DNA of 64,000 nucleotides, taken from positions 14,533 through 78,532 of the IMG/VR virus record IMGVR_UViG_3300007960_010163. One strand, written 5' to 3'. This document shows, piece after piece, positions 29,820 to 39,226 of the stretch. Position 1 is the stretch's first letter. Every line of letters begins with the position of its first letter. A program made the position numbers and the translations under genes. Source of the stretch: a virus. The notes beneath the pieces were generated by a model. That model was not told where the DNA came from. It worked only from the letters and a program-made list of their open reading frames with translations, and did not search any database.

Positions 29820-32273
29820 TTACTGGCAGCTCTCGCAGGTACCGCCGTTTTTCATAGCTTCAATGCTACAGGCAGATGGTTCTGAAGATGAATCTGGCGC
29901 AGTAGATTTTTCTACTTTAGTAGCTGCGCGATTACGCAAGTAATAAGTGGTTTTTAAACCTGCTTCCCAGCAAGACATATAAATATCATTAAGGTATTTT
30001 AATGAAGTAGTCTTATTGTAAAGGTTGAAGCTTACAGCTTGATCAATCCATTTTTGACGTACAGAATTAGCTTCGATAAGCTTAAACATATCTCTGTCAA
30101 AAGCTGTTTTATATTTCTCTTTGATTTCTTCAGGTATAGATCCGTTTAACAAAGATAGATCGCCGTCAACACTCTTAATCATGTTTGCCATTTCGTAGGA
30201 CCAAAGACCAAGCTCTTTCATGTCTTTTACGAAATGTTGATTAGTAATAAAAAAGTTTCCGGATTTATTTTCGTAAACAAATAGAACAGAAAAATTAGGC
30301 TCAATACTTTGCTCTACTCCATTAATATAACCAATAGTAGCTGTTGGAGCAATAGCCATGACATTTGAGTTTCTCATGCCATGCTTATTTACATGAGTTC
30401 TCACTTTTTTCCATTCTTCTAGAGTTTGACCTTTGCCTGTTAATTGTTTTCCTGTAACTGATTCTTTTGGAACTTTTTGCTTGCCTCTATAAACCATAAG
30501 ATTGTTATAAGAATCTATTGGAAAAACTCCTCCATGCCAAAGAGATCCTTCGTATGTTTCATATGAACCGCGCTCTTTAGCCAAAATAGAACTTGCATAT
30601 ATAGCATGCAAAGAATAAAATTCGAAAAGCTTATCATTAAACTCAACCGCTTCGTCGCTATCTATTTGAATATTTTTTACATGAAGCACGTCATGCAAGC
30701 CCATCATTCCTAAGCCGATTGGACGATGCCTTAAATTTGATTTACTTGCTTCGAGAGTAGGATAAAAATTAATATCAATAACGTTATCTAATATTCTAAT
30801 TGCAGTATGTATAGTGGATTTTAATAACTGATAATCAAGATCTTCATCGCCATCCATATGGTTTAGTAAATTTACTGATCCAAGATTGCAAACAGCAGTT
30901 TCTCCGATATCAGTCTTTTCACCTTTTTCATAAGAAGAAGCTTTTGTATGTAAGGTGATTTCAGTACAAAGATTGCTACTATGAACTACGCCTTGATGTT
31001 GATTTGTATATCTAATATTGCAAGGATCTTTAAATGTATTCCAAGGATGGGAAGTTTCAAAAAGAACTTTGAGCATTTTTTTCCAAAGATCTTTCGCTGG
31101 AGTCTTCCTCCAGTTATCAATATGACCATTCTCGGCAAGATCAATTAATGAATTATACCTATGATCAAACTCTTCCCCGAAACAATCATGAAGGTCAGCA
31201 TCTTTAGGGTCAAAGAAATACCAATCTTGTTCAGCTTGAACTCTTCTCATGAATTCATCACAAACCCAAGAAGCGGTATTCATATCATGACATCTCAATC
31301 TATCATCGCCAGTATTCCTGCGAAGATTAAGAAAATCTTCAAAATCTAAATGCCAAGGTTCTAAATAAGCGCATCCCGCGCCGGGGCGCTTACCTCCTTG
31401 ATTTACTGCTATCAAGAGATCATTAAATATTTTCAACCAAGGAATCAAGCCGCTCGAAACTCCATTAGTTCCGACAATGTGAGATCCAGTTGATCTGAAA
31501 GGAGTAACATCCAAACCAAGACCACCAGCAAATTTAGACTTTCTTGCTTCTTGCCAAGCGCCATCAAAAATACCATCAATAGAATCATCAAAAGTATTTA
31601 GATAGCAAGAGCTTAATTGAGAATGAGTTGTCCCGCTATTAAATAAAGTGGGGGTGGAAGGGGTGTAAAGCATTTTGCTAAATACATTATAAAACTCAAT
31701 AGCCTTTTCAGTTTTATGCTCTTCGTTTATAGACAAGCCCATAGCAACCCTCATCCAGAAAGCTTGTGGGGTTTCCATTATTTTTCCATCTTGCCTGATA
31801 AGATATCTATCAAATAAAATTTGAATACCTAGATATTTAAATTTTTTATCCCTTCTAATTCTTAAAGCTTCAGAAAGTCTAGATAAATCAAAGTTGAGCA
31901 AGCGTTTATCTAGCCTATTATCTTTTACTAGCTTCTTAATATTTAGAATAAAACTCTTTCTGTATTGTAGTTCGAAAGTATCTGAGTCAACGCCTTCCTT
32001 GAATACCTCTTTATAAAGACAGTTTAATAGAAGCCTTGCGCCAGCATAAGAATAATTTGGTTCTTTTTCAATTTTTTCTCTGGCAGATAAAATAAGAGCT
32101 TGGTCAATTTCTTTTGTAGTGATCTTATCGAACAACTGAAGTTGAGCATCTAATACGATTTCACTTGCGGAAACGTTTTCAATTTCTTCACATGCTCTTT
32201 GAGCACTTGCATTGATCTTATCTACTTCAAAATTTTCTAAACGACCATTTCTTTTTTTAACCTTAATATCCAT
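29820..32273 (-). CDS. nrdA: Ribonucleoside-diphosphate reductase class Ia alpha subunit with ATP cone
   Basis: VKKRNG ATP cone, TPTLFNSG, QLSSCY, SNLCTEI, VCNLGS, AIAPTA, KTTYYLR and C-terminal CESCQ. Confidence 0.97.
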   Translation of the reverse strand: MDIKVKKRNGRLENFEVDKINASAQRACEEIENVSASEIVLDAQLQLFDKITTKEIDQALILSAREKIEKEPNYSYAGARLLLNCLYKEVFKEGVDSDTFELQYRKSFILNIKKLVKDNRLDKRLLNFDLSRLSEALRIRRDKKFKYLGIQILFDRYLIRQDGKIMETPQAFWMRVAMGLSINEEHKTEKAIEFYNVFSKMLYTPSTPTLFNSGTTHSQLSSCYLNTFDDSIDGIFDGAWQEARKSKFAGGLGLDVTPFRSTGSHIVGTNGVSSGLIPWLKIFNDLLIAVNQGGKRPGAGCAYLEPWHLDFEDFLNLRRNTGDDRLRCHDMNTASWVCDEFMRRVQAEQDWYFFDPKDADLHDCFGEEFDHRYNSLIDLAENGHIDNWRKTPAKDLWKKMLKVLFETSHPWNTFKDPCNIRYTNQHQGVVHSSNLCTEITLHTKASSYEKGEKTDIGETAVCNLGSVNLLNHMDGDEDLDYQLLKSTIHTAIRILDNVIDINFYPTLEASKSNLRHRPIGLGMMGLHDVLHVKNIQIDSDEAVEFNDKLFEFYSLHAIYASSILAKERGSYETYEGSLWHGGVFPIDSYNNLMVYRGKQKVPKESVTGKQLTGKGQTLEEWKKVRTHVNKHGMRNSNVMAIAPTATIGYINGVEQSIEPNFSVLFVYENKSGNFFITNQHFVKDMKELGLWSYEMANMIKSVDGDLSLLNGSIPEEIKEKYKTAFDRDMFKLIEANSVRQKWIDQAVSFNLYNKTTSLKYLNDIYMSCWEAGLKTTYYLRNRAATKVEKSTAPDSSSEPSACSIEAMKNGGTCESCQ

Positions 32274-32283
32274 GAAATTATTC

Positions 32284-32288
32284 TACAC
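32284..32288 (-). promoter_or_regulatory. GTGTA motif 10 nt upstream of the nrdA ATG
   Basis: TCGTGTAGAATAATTTCATG. Confidence 0.55.
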
Positions 32289-32342
32289 GATTGGAGTATA
32301 TATTTTTACTAAAAACTTCTTTTTGATGAAGTTTCTATAATA

Positions 32343-32358
32343 ACACAAAAAATTGTGT
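32343..32358. promoter_or_regulatory. NrdR-box-like palindrome within a sigma-70 promoter spacer upstream of nrdA
   Basis: ACACAAAAAATTGTGT matches 14/16 positions of acaCwAtATaTwGtgt and lies between TTGCAT and TATTAT (17-bp spacer, minus strand). Confidence 0.6.
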
Positions 32359-32385
32359 AATGCAAGAATAATTATTCTAAAGTTA

Positions 32386-33225
32386 TTAACAATTATCTTT
32401 ATTGACAGCAGACTCTGATCGACCCCAGTCAAAATCTTTTCTGACGTCAAGGTTGACTGACCATGCAGATTTTAAAATTTTTGGATCGATGCCATTTTTT
32501 TCGAATGTCTTGATAAGTGCGTTAATGTCTTTAGGGAAACAAGTACCACCGAACCCTTTGTCTCCATCGTGGCCGGGAACTTGAAAATGAGAATCCCCAA
32601 TTCTTCTATCTCCCATAACGCCATTAATGATAGAGTTCCAGTCTAGTCCTAGTTTTTCAATTAATAAAAATATCTCATTGAAAAAACTAACTTTTGTAGC
32701 AAAGAAGCAATTCGCAATATATTTAACAGATTCAGACTCATCGCTTTTCATCATTAAGCAAGGAATATTAGGGAAGGCTGACTTAAATAATTTTGCAGCT
32801 TTTTCACCAATACTTTTATTTTTAGCATACCCAACAATATGCCTATCCGCATTCAAGAAGTCCTCTTTAGCAAATTTGGCAGTGAGGAATTCTGGAGAAT
32901 GAACTATATTTATAGATGGGTGGGATTTTTGAAGCTGAGAGGTTGTTCCTATAGGAACGGTAGATTTTATTATGAAAATAGCATTTGATCCAATTTTTTC
33001 AATTTCCTTGAAGCAAGATTCGATAATTGAAAGGTTGCAATCGTCTCCCATAATGTCTTTCATGGGGGTAGGAACGCATACAAAAACGAAATCTTGTTCT
33101 AATACATCTTCCAGAGAATTTTTTGAAGCCTCTGGATTTTTGTCAAAGATTTTGACATCGTATTTTGAAAACCCGTTAGCTACAGCAGAGCCAACGAAGC
33201 CGTTGCCGATTACTCCAATTTTCAT
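32386..33225 (-). CDS. UDP-glucose/GDP-mannose 6-dehydrogenase family protein (short form, C-terminal domain absent)
   Basis: GVIGNGFVG, VCVPTP, IKSTVPIG, SPEFL and GFGGTCFPKD (catalytic Cys). Confidence 0.9.
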   Translation of the reverse strand: MKIGVIGNGFVGSAVANGFSKYDVKIFDKNPEASKNSLEDVLEQDFVFVCVPTPMKDIMGDDCNLSIIESCFKEIEKIGSNAIFIIKSTVPIGTTSQLQKSHPSINIVHSPEFLTAKFAKEDFLNADRHIVGYAKNKSIGEKAAKLFKSAFPNIPCLMMKSDESESVKYIANCFFATKVSFFNEIFLLIEKLGLDWNSIINGVMGDRRIGDSHFQVPGHDGDKGFGGTCFPKDINALIKTFEKNGIDPKILKSAWSVNLDVRKDFDWGRSESAVNKDNC

Positions 33226-34133
33226 TGAGGCCTATTAGCTTCTATCCAGTCTTCAAATTTTACTTTTGGATCCCATCCAAGCAAGGACTTTGCTTTGGTA
33301 TTATCAGCAAGGGTTTCTCTAGCTTCGCCGGGGCGCTCTGGAATGTGTACATGCCCACCTTTAGTCATTCTGACAATATCCATTACCGAATGATTAGTTC
33401 CTGTGCCCAAATTAAAGAGTTCGCCAATAATTTCTTTCTTTTCAGATTCTCCAGCTAGAAACATAGCTTCAACGATATCAGTAACATGAGTGTAGTCGCG
33501 AGTTTGAAGACCATCTCCGACAACAGTCATATCTTCACCGTTTTCTTTTTGTCTAAAAAACAGCCCAACTACTGGCGCATAATCTCCAGCAATAGGCTGG
33601 CGCTCTCCATAAACATTGAAAAATCTAAACAATACAGTTTCAAGCCCAAAAAGCTTCGTATACATCTTGCAAAGCTCTTCGCAGTTAGATTTGCTAACTG
33701 AATAAGGATTAAGGCAATCGTTTGGCATGTCTTCCCTTAGCGGGATTGGATTTTTCAACCCGTAACAAGAAGAAGTTCCTGCAAACATTACGCGCTTGCA
33801 TTTATTAAGTCGAGCAGCTTGAAGAACATTGCACGTTCCGAGAGAGTTGTTTTTAACTGCATCGGCTGGATCTTGAACGCAAATTTGAATTCTAGATCGA
33901 GCTGCTAAATGAAAAACTAGATCAACACCTTTGAATAAAGGCTCTAATTTATCGAAGTCGCAAATATCAACCTTATGATTTTCGGTATCATCTCTCCAAA
34001 TGAAATTGGAATTAGCCGTGGACGATTCATCATCAACAACAATAACTTCATGACCTGCTTTAAGAAGTCTTTCAACTAAATGGCCGCCAATAAAACCAGC
34101 ACCACCTGTAACTAAACATTTTTTCTTAGACAT
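33222..34133 (-). CDS. NAD-dependent nucleotide-sugar 4-epimerase (GalE/WbpP-like)
   Basis: LVTGGAGFIG, FHLAA, NPYSVSK, RFFNVYG and GDGLQTRDY. Confidence 0.93.
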   Translation of the reverse strand: MSKKKCLVTGGAGFIGGHLVERLLKAGHEVIVVDDESSTANSNFIWRDDTENHKVDICDFDKLEPLFKGVDLVFHLAARSRIQICVQDPADAVKNNSLGTCNVLQAARLNKCKRVMFAGTSSCYGLKNPIPLREDMPNDCLNPYSVSKSNCEELCKMYTKLFGLETVLFRFFNVYGERQPIAGDYAPVVGLFFRQKENGEDMTVVGDGLQTRDYTHVTDIVEAMFLAGESEKKEIIGELFNLGTGTNHSVMDIVRMTKGGHVHIPERPGEARETLADNTKAKSLLGWDPKVKFEDWIEANRPQ

Positions 34134-34142
34134 AATTTATTA

Positions 34143-34147
34143 TACAC
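34143..34147 (-). promoter_or_regulatory. GTGTA motif 9 nt upstream of the epimerase ATG
   Basis: TAGTGTATAATAAATTATG. Confidence 0.55.
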
Positions 34148-34150
34148 TAA

Positions 34151-35107
34151 TTAACAATCATCTTTGCCCTTTTTTATGAACCAATCGTAAGTTTTTTGAA
34201 TTCCCAACCTCAATGAAGTTTTTGGGGTAAATCCAGTATTGGACATTCTGGAGTTATCCATTTTCTTTCTGAAAGTACCGTCTGGCTTAGATGAATCAAA
34301 ATAAAGATCTCCGCTATATTCAACAACAGATTTTATAAACAAAGCGAGGTCTTGAATAGAAACTTCATCATTTGATCCACAATTAAGATGAGAGATATTT
34401 AAATCATATATGTCTTTTGCTTCAATATTTTTAAGGCAATGAATAACTGCATCAGCAAGATCTTCGACGAAAAGAAATTCCCTGAGAGGTTTCCCGCTTC
34501 CCCAAACCTCGACTTTTGAAGCACCTTTTTCTTTAGCGCAATGAATTTTATTAATTAATGCAGGAAGAACATGAGAAGTTTGTAAATCGAAATTGTCTCT
34601 TGGTCCGTATAAATTACAAGGCATGATAGAATAAAAATTATCTTCGTATTGCTTGTAGAAACTCTCGCACATTTTAAGCGCCGCAATCTTAGCGATTGCA
34701 TAAGGCTCATTTGTATATTCAAGTTCACCAGTAAGTAAATATTCTTCTTTGATGGGTATCTTGGAATCCCTTGGGTAAATACAGGAAGATCCAAGATTGA
34801 TTAATTTCTTGACCCCAAAGTCATGAGCCGATTTAATAATATTAGATGATATCATCAAGTTATCATATATGAAATCACCGCGATAAGTATTGTTGGCTAA
34901 AATGCCCCCGACTTTGGCAGCGCATAAAACCACTACGTCTGGAGAGTTTTTTTCGAAAAACCTAGAGACCCTAGCGCTGTCAGTTAAGTCTAAGCTAGAT
35001 CTAGTTCTGGTTATTATATTGTTATAACCTAAAGACTTTAACTTTTTAACTACGGATGATCCGACCATTCCTCGATGGCCAGCAACGAAAACTTTTTGAT
35101 CGGTCAT
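34151..35107 (-). CDS. fcl: GDP-L-fucose synthase
   Basis: VAGHRGMVGS, AAKVGGILAN, LGSSCIYP, TNEPYAIAK, SHVLPAL and WGSGKPLREF. Confidence 0.97.
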   Translation of the reverse strand: MTDQKVFVAGHRGMVGSSVVKKLKSLGYNNIITRTRSSLDLTDSARVSRFFEKNSPDVVVLCAAKVGGILANNTYRGDFIYDNLMISSNIIKSAHDFGVKKLINLGSSCIYPRDSKIPIKEEYLLTGELEYTNEPYAIAKIAALKMCESFYKQYEDNFYSIMPCNLYGPRDNFDLQTSHVLPALINKIHCAKEKGASKVEVWGSGKPLREFLFVEDLADAVIHCLKNIEAKDIYDLNISHLNCGSNDEVSIQDLALFIKSVVEYSGDLYFDSSKPDGTFRKKMDNSRMSNTGFTPKTSLRLGIQKTYDWFIKKGKDDC

Positions 35108-36135
35108 TTAGATAAGAGCTCGTAATCGTTTTCGTACATTTTCTTGACCAGACCTTCGAAGCCAGTTTTACGAACCCACCCCATCTCTTGTTCTGCAAGC
35201 GAGCAATCACCGCAAAGTTTATGAACTTCTGCTGGGCGATAAAATTTAGGATTGACTTCAAAAATCAATTGGCCGTCCTTGGTGAAGTACTTCTCTTCGT
35301 CTTCCGAGCCTTTTGATACAAATTCTATACCAGCAAATTCAAGAGACTTATCGAGAAACTCTCTTACGCTATGCATTTCTCCGCTAGCCAAAACATAAGC
35401 TTTTGGCCTGTCTTGATTAAGCATGAGCCACACTCCCTCCATAAAATCTTCAGCATCAGTCCAATCTCTTTGTGCATCAAGATTGCCTAGTTGTAAAATT
35501 GGAATCTCTTTACCTTGTTCTAGAGCATGTTTGATTTTTGCTACTCCATTGGTGATTTTTCTAGTAACGAAATCAAGACCTCTTCTAGTACCTTCGTGAT
35601 TGAATAACCAACCTTGAATAGCGAATAACCCATAAGACTCTCGATACACTCTAACTATATGACGAGCTGCGCATTTTGCTGCCCCATATGGAGATTGAGG
35701 GCGAAGTGGATGATCTTCATTTTGGGGTGTGCAAATAACATCACCAAACTCTTCAGATGATCCGGCGTTGTAAAACCTGCAGTGAGGAGCAAATCGACGA
35801 ATGGATTCTAAAATATGAAGAACTGCGTCAGCGTCAGTATCCCAAGTTTGAATGGGATAGTCCCAACTTCCAGCAACAAAAGATTGCGCGGCAAAGTTAA
35901 TAAAATAATCAGGCTGAATATCAATAATGACATCACGCATGCTGTGCGCATCGTTAAGATCCATATTGATTAATTCAAATCTAGGCTCGTTCTCCAAATG
36001 AAGAATGTTTTCGTGATTCTTTACGCTTAGCCTTCTTACAGCGCCATAAATTCTATGGTTTGTATTGGCTAATAAATAGTCAACCATATGGCTTCCGTCT
36101 TGACCAGTGACTCCGGTAATGATAACTTTTTTCAT
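35104..36135 (-). CDS. gmd: GDP-mannose 4,6-dehydratase
   Basis: ITGVTGQDGS, AAQSFV, SPYGAAK, FVTRKI, LGNLDAQRDW and FYRPAEV. Confidence 0.97.
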   Translation of the reverse strand: MKKVIITGVTGQDGSHMVDYLLANTNHRIYGAVRRLSVKNHENILHLENEPRFELINMDLNDAHSMRDVIIDIQPDYFINFAAQSFVAGSWDYPIQTWDTDADAVLHILESIRRFAPHCRFYNAGSSEEFGDVICTPQNEDHPLRPQSPYGAAKCAARHIVRVYRESYGLFAIQGWLFNHEGTRRGLDFVTRKITNGVAKIKHALEQGKEIPILQLGNLDAQRDWTDAEDFMEGVWLMLNQDRPKAYVLASGEMHSVREFLDKSLEFAGIEFVSKGSEDEEKYFTKDGQLIFEVNPKFYRPAEVHKLCGDCSLAEQEMGWVRKTGFEGLVKKMYENDYELLSK

Positions 36136-36181
36136 AATTTAGATTTATAAGATATTATTAAATCCCTCCAGTATTTAAAGT

Positions 36182-37006
36182 TTAATTTAAACTTGGATAA
36201 ATTGAATTAAGGATTTCTTTAAAATGTTCATGAATACCTAAATTCTTTTTAAAAGTAACTTCAAGAACATCACCATTCCGAATTTGACTGATTACGCTTT
36301 TGTAGTTGTAGGCATTTAGATCTATTCTTTTTTTAACATGATTGCGCCTAAATTCATTAAGGTATTTTATTTTAGATTGCTCCGGGTATAGTGATAAAAT
36401 CCAAGAGGAATAACATTCATCTAGACCCCAGAGCTTAGATTGGGGATAATAAATATTATTCAAGTAAAAATTATCTCTAGATTTAAAAACCTTATTCGCT
36501 TCGTCTGCCCAGTCATCTTCAATGTCATATATCTTTTTAAAGTTTTTACCTTTAGATAAGTGATGAGAACTTGGGTACATAAGGTTTGTGGAAGTGTTCC
36601 AATACCCTAATGTATTAAGCGAATAACCTTCATACGCATCAGCAAAAAAAACAATATAATCCTCTGAGTTGAAGTTTTTGCATTGTTGTACATAGTAGTC
36701 TGAAAGGGGAACTTGATCAATGCCGGAAAGAAAGCAGGTGTCATCTGGAAATTGGGATGCGCCCCAAAACAGACTCCAAGTAACTAGCCAGTTAGGAGAT
36801 GGATCAGCAATTTCTTCTATATTCTCTAAGCGGAAGACATCTCCCGCCGTTTGATCTATGGAAGCGTCTAAATCCCGCTTAGAGCCAATAAAAAAAAGAG
36901 TAGGATTTATGTTGAAATAATCCTTCCATATATAGGAATAATTATTCCAAAACATAAAATAGGAAGGGTTATTGTCTACGCAAAATACGACTCTATCAAT
37001 GTTCAT
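36182..37006 (-). CDS. Hypothetical glycosyltransferase-like protein (paralog of 38459..39226)
   Basis: Shared IDRV..NP.Y..FW, VTW.LFWGASQF, GIDQ.PLSD, SSHH and WGLDE motifs. Confidence 0.55.
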   Translation of the reverse strand: MNIDRVVFCVDNNPSYFMFWNNYSYIWKDYFNINPTLFFIGSKRDLDASIDQTAGDVFRLENIEEIADPSPNWLVTWSLFWGASQFPDDTCFLSGIDQVPLSDYYVQQCKNFNSEDYIVFFADAYEGYSLNTLGYWNTSTNLMYPSSHHLSKGKNFKKIYDIEDDWADEANKVFKSRDNFYLNNIYYPQSKLWGLDECYSSWILSLYPEQSKIKYLNEFRRNHVKKRIDLNAYNYKSVISQIRNGDVLEVTFKKNLGIHEHFKEILNSIYPSLN

Positions 37007-37995
37007 CGTGCTTTATATATATCTTCAATAAGTTTTATAACGTTAAACGATTCCATTATTTCAAAATTGTCTATAGAGGAATAGAGATCTACGTGATTAG
37101 GGCATGAACCCTCATATGATCCATATGAATTGGGCGTAGTATTGATTTTGTATTTTTCATAAATATCATTAAAAATATTTTGTGATTTTTGGGATAAAAA
37201 ATTAGAAGACTCTATTATATTTAAAGCTTTACCTCCAATTTTAACAAAACCATTAGAGCCTTGTATTGAAAGAGAGCATTCAAGATTTCGAGGCTCAGAA
37301 GCTATAGTCACCTCCGCAGTACCTCCAAAACCTCCAAAATCTAAAATACAATAAACTGTATCTTCAATTTCTGTATGTTTATGCTTAGTGCTGTAAGTTT
37401 TAGCTGAATGGACCTTGGGTAGACCAAAAACATTTTGAAGTACGTCAAGATAATGAATCCCTACTTCATGAAGAGTTCCTCCACCTAATTCTAGGGCAGA
37501 TCTCCATCCGGTAAAATACTCAAACGGCCTCTGCCATCTTTGAATTAAAGAAACCGACCTCATATCTCCAAGAATACCTAAAGATAGGACTTCTTTTATT
37601 AAGGAAATAGTTTTGTTTAGTCGGACTTGCAAAACACAGTAAGCTTTTTGCTGGTTTTCTTTAGCAATTTGATTGATAGACAGAATATCTGAGGAATAAA
37701 AACTTGCGGGCTTTTCTATTAAGACGTTTTTTTTGTGAAGAAGACAGCTGATGGCCTGATCTTTATGGAAATGATTAGGAGAACAAATAGATACAAAATT
37801 GGAATTTTCATCTTTAAGCAATTCATCTAAACTTTTGTATGAATTACAGTTATATTTTTTAGAGTAAAAATCAGATAATGATTCGTCTATATCATAAAAA
37901 CCATATAATTCATATTGCGGATTACTTAAAATACCTTCAATATGCCTTGGGCATATAGCACCACAACCGATAATAACACAATTATATTCCTTCAT
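37003..37995 (-). CDS. Gfo/Idh/MocA oxidoreductase, WbpB/WlbA-like (UDP-GlcNAcA 3-dehydrogenase)
   Basis: IIGCGAI, ICSPNHFH, LIEKP, LQVR, WQRP and RNLECSL; adjacent to a WbpD-like gene. Start 37995 (ATGA overlap). Confidence 0.85.
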   Translation of the reverse strand: MKEYNCVIIGCGAICPRHIEGILSNPQYELYGFYDIDESLSDFYSKKYNCNSYKSLDELLKDENSNFVSICSPNHFHKDQAISCLLHKKNVLIEKPASFYSSDILSINQIAKENQQKAYCVLQVRLNKTISLIKEVLSLGILGDMRSVSLIQRWQRPFEYFTGWRSALELGGGTLHEVGIHYLDVLQNVFGLPKVHSAKTYSTKHKHTEIEDTVYCILDFGGFGGTAEVTIASEPRNLECSLSIQGSNGFVKIGGKALNIIESSNFLSQKSQNIFNDIYEKYKINTTPNSYGSYEGSCPNHVDLYSSIDNFEIMESFNVIKLIEDIYKAR

Positions 37996-38462
37996 GACTT
38001 TAATAATATAGCTGGATTTCCGCAATAAACGCTACCAGCGGGCGTACTTTTGGTTACTACTGAACCCGCCCCTATTAAACTATTTTCACCTATGATCACA
38101 CCGCAGATAATAACGCTATTAGCTCCAATAGAACATCCCTTTTTAAACAACGTCTCTTTGAATCTTTCACTATTTTTCCATTCTCCATTTACCGAAGGTT
38201 TATAATCGTTAGTGGTGACAGTATTAGGTCCAAAAAATACGTCATTTTCTAATGTGACTCCCTCGTAAATTAAAGAATTATTTTGAATTTTACAATTATC
38301 TCCAATTTTAACATTGTTACCTATATAGACCCCTTGACCTATCGTACAATTAGACCCAATTTTAGCTCCCGAACAAATGTGCGAAAAATGCCAAACCTTA
38401 GTGCCATTTCCTATAATAACGTCTTGATCTATAATCGAAGATGGATGCGCGTAAAAGATCAT
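37992..38462 (-). CDS. Hexapeptide N-acetyltransferase, WbpD/WlbB-like
   Basis: GTKVWHFSHI, CKIQNN, YEGVTLE, VFFGP and IGAGSVVTK. Confidence 0.9.
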   Translation of the reverse strand: MIFYAHPSSIIDQDVIIGNGTKVWHFSHICSGAKIGSNCTIGQGVYIGNNVKIGDNCKIQNNSLIYEGVTLENDVFFGPNTVTTNDYKPSVNGEWKNSERFKETLFKKGCSIGANSVIICGVIIGENSLIGAGSVVTKSTPAGSVYCGNPAILLKS

Positions 38463-39226
38463 GTGTAAATTGGGCAGAGGTTAGAGATTTCATCTAGGAA
38501 ATCTTTATATTGAGAGTAAGGCCTGTGGGCGTGGATTTCTGAATAGTACCCTTCTTTTAGTAAATTTTTATCAAAATGCGGGGCATATGCTCTATCAATT
38601 CTTCTTGATCTTAAATCCTTAAATCCGTTATGAAGCTTGAGATCCGGAAACCCTTTCAGGAGAAATGAAGAATGAAGCTCGTCAAGACCCCAAAAATCCC
38701 CAGTATTATACATATGCCCATAATTATTTCTAAAGGAAAAAACTGATTTAACTTCTTCTTCCCATTCATCTTTAATAGATAAAGCTTTTTTAAAAGTAGA
38801 GCCTGTAGCTACATGATGAGAAGAGACATACCAATCAGGATTATTATAAGCGTCAGCCAAACCTATGACATAATCTTTATTGAAATCATATTTTTCAATA
38901 GATTTAAAGAATCTATCAGAAAGAGGGGCTTGATCTATACCATGTGTGATGCATATGTCGTTTTTGAATTGAGATGCTCCCCAAAAAAGAGCCCACGTTA
39001 CTGACCAATCTCTAGCCCTGTTAGCTATAACTTCATTAACTTCTGGTAGTACGTGCACTTCACCGAATTGTTCGGTAGGCCTAGTAGGCGGCTCACCTAC
39101 AAAGAATAAAGTGGGGTTAACACCAAAATTATTCCTCCATATTCTCGATGAGTATTCCCAAAAATCTAAATAAGTAGGGTTGTCATTTAGTACAAGGATA
39201 ACCCTGTCTATAATAATATTTTTCAT
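38459..39226 (-). CDS. Hypothetical glycosyltransferase-like protein
   Basis: Paralog of 36182..37006; RRIDR and IHAHRPY. Confidence 0.55.
   Translation of the reverse strand: MKNIIIDRVILVLNDNPTYLDFWEYSSRIWRNNFGVNPTLFFVGEPPTRPTEQFGEVHVLPEVNEVIANRARDWSVTWALFWGASQFKNDICITHGIDQAPLSDRFFKSIEKYDFNKDYVIGLADAYNNPDWYVSSHHVATGSTFKKALSIKDEWEEEVKSVFSFRNNYGHMYNTGDFWGLDELHSSFLLKGFPDLKLHNGFKDLRSRRIDRAYAPHFDKNLLKEGYYSEIHAHRPYSQYKDFLDEISNLCPIYT

Noticed and set aside
29820-32273. Intein or intron in nrdA
   Set aside because: The ORF is continuous and of normal length, with no splicing or homing-endonuclease motifs.
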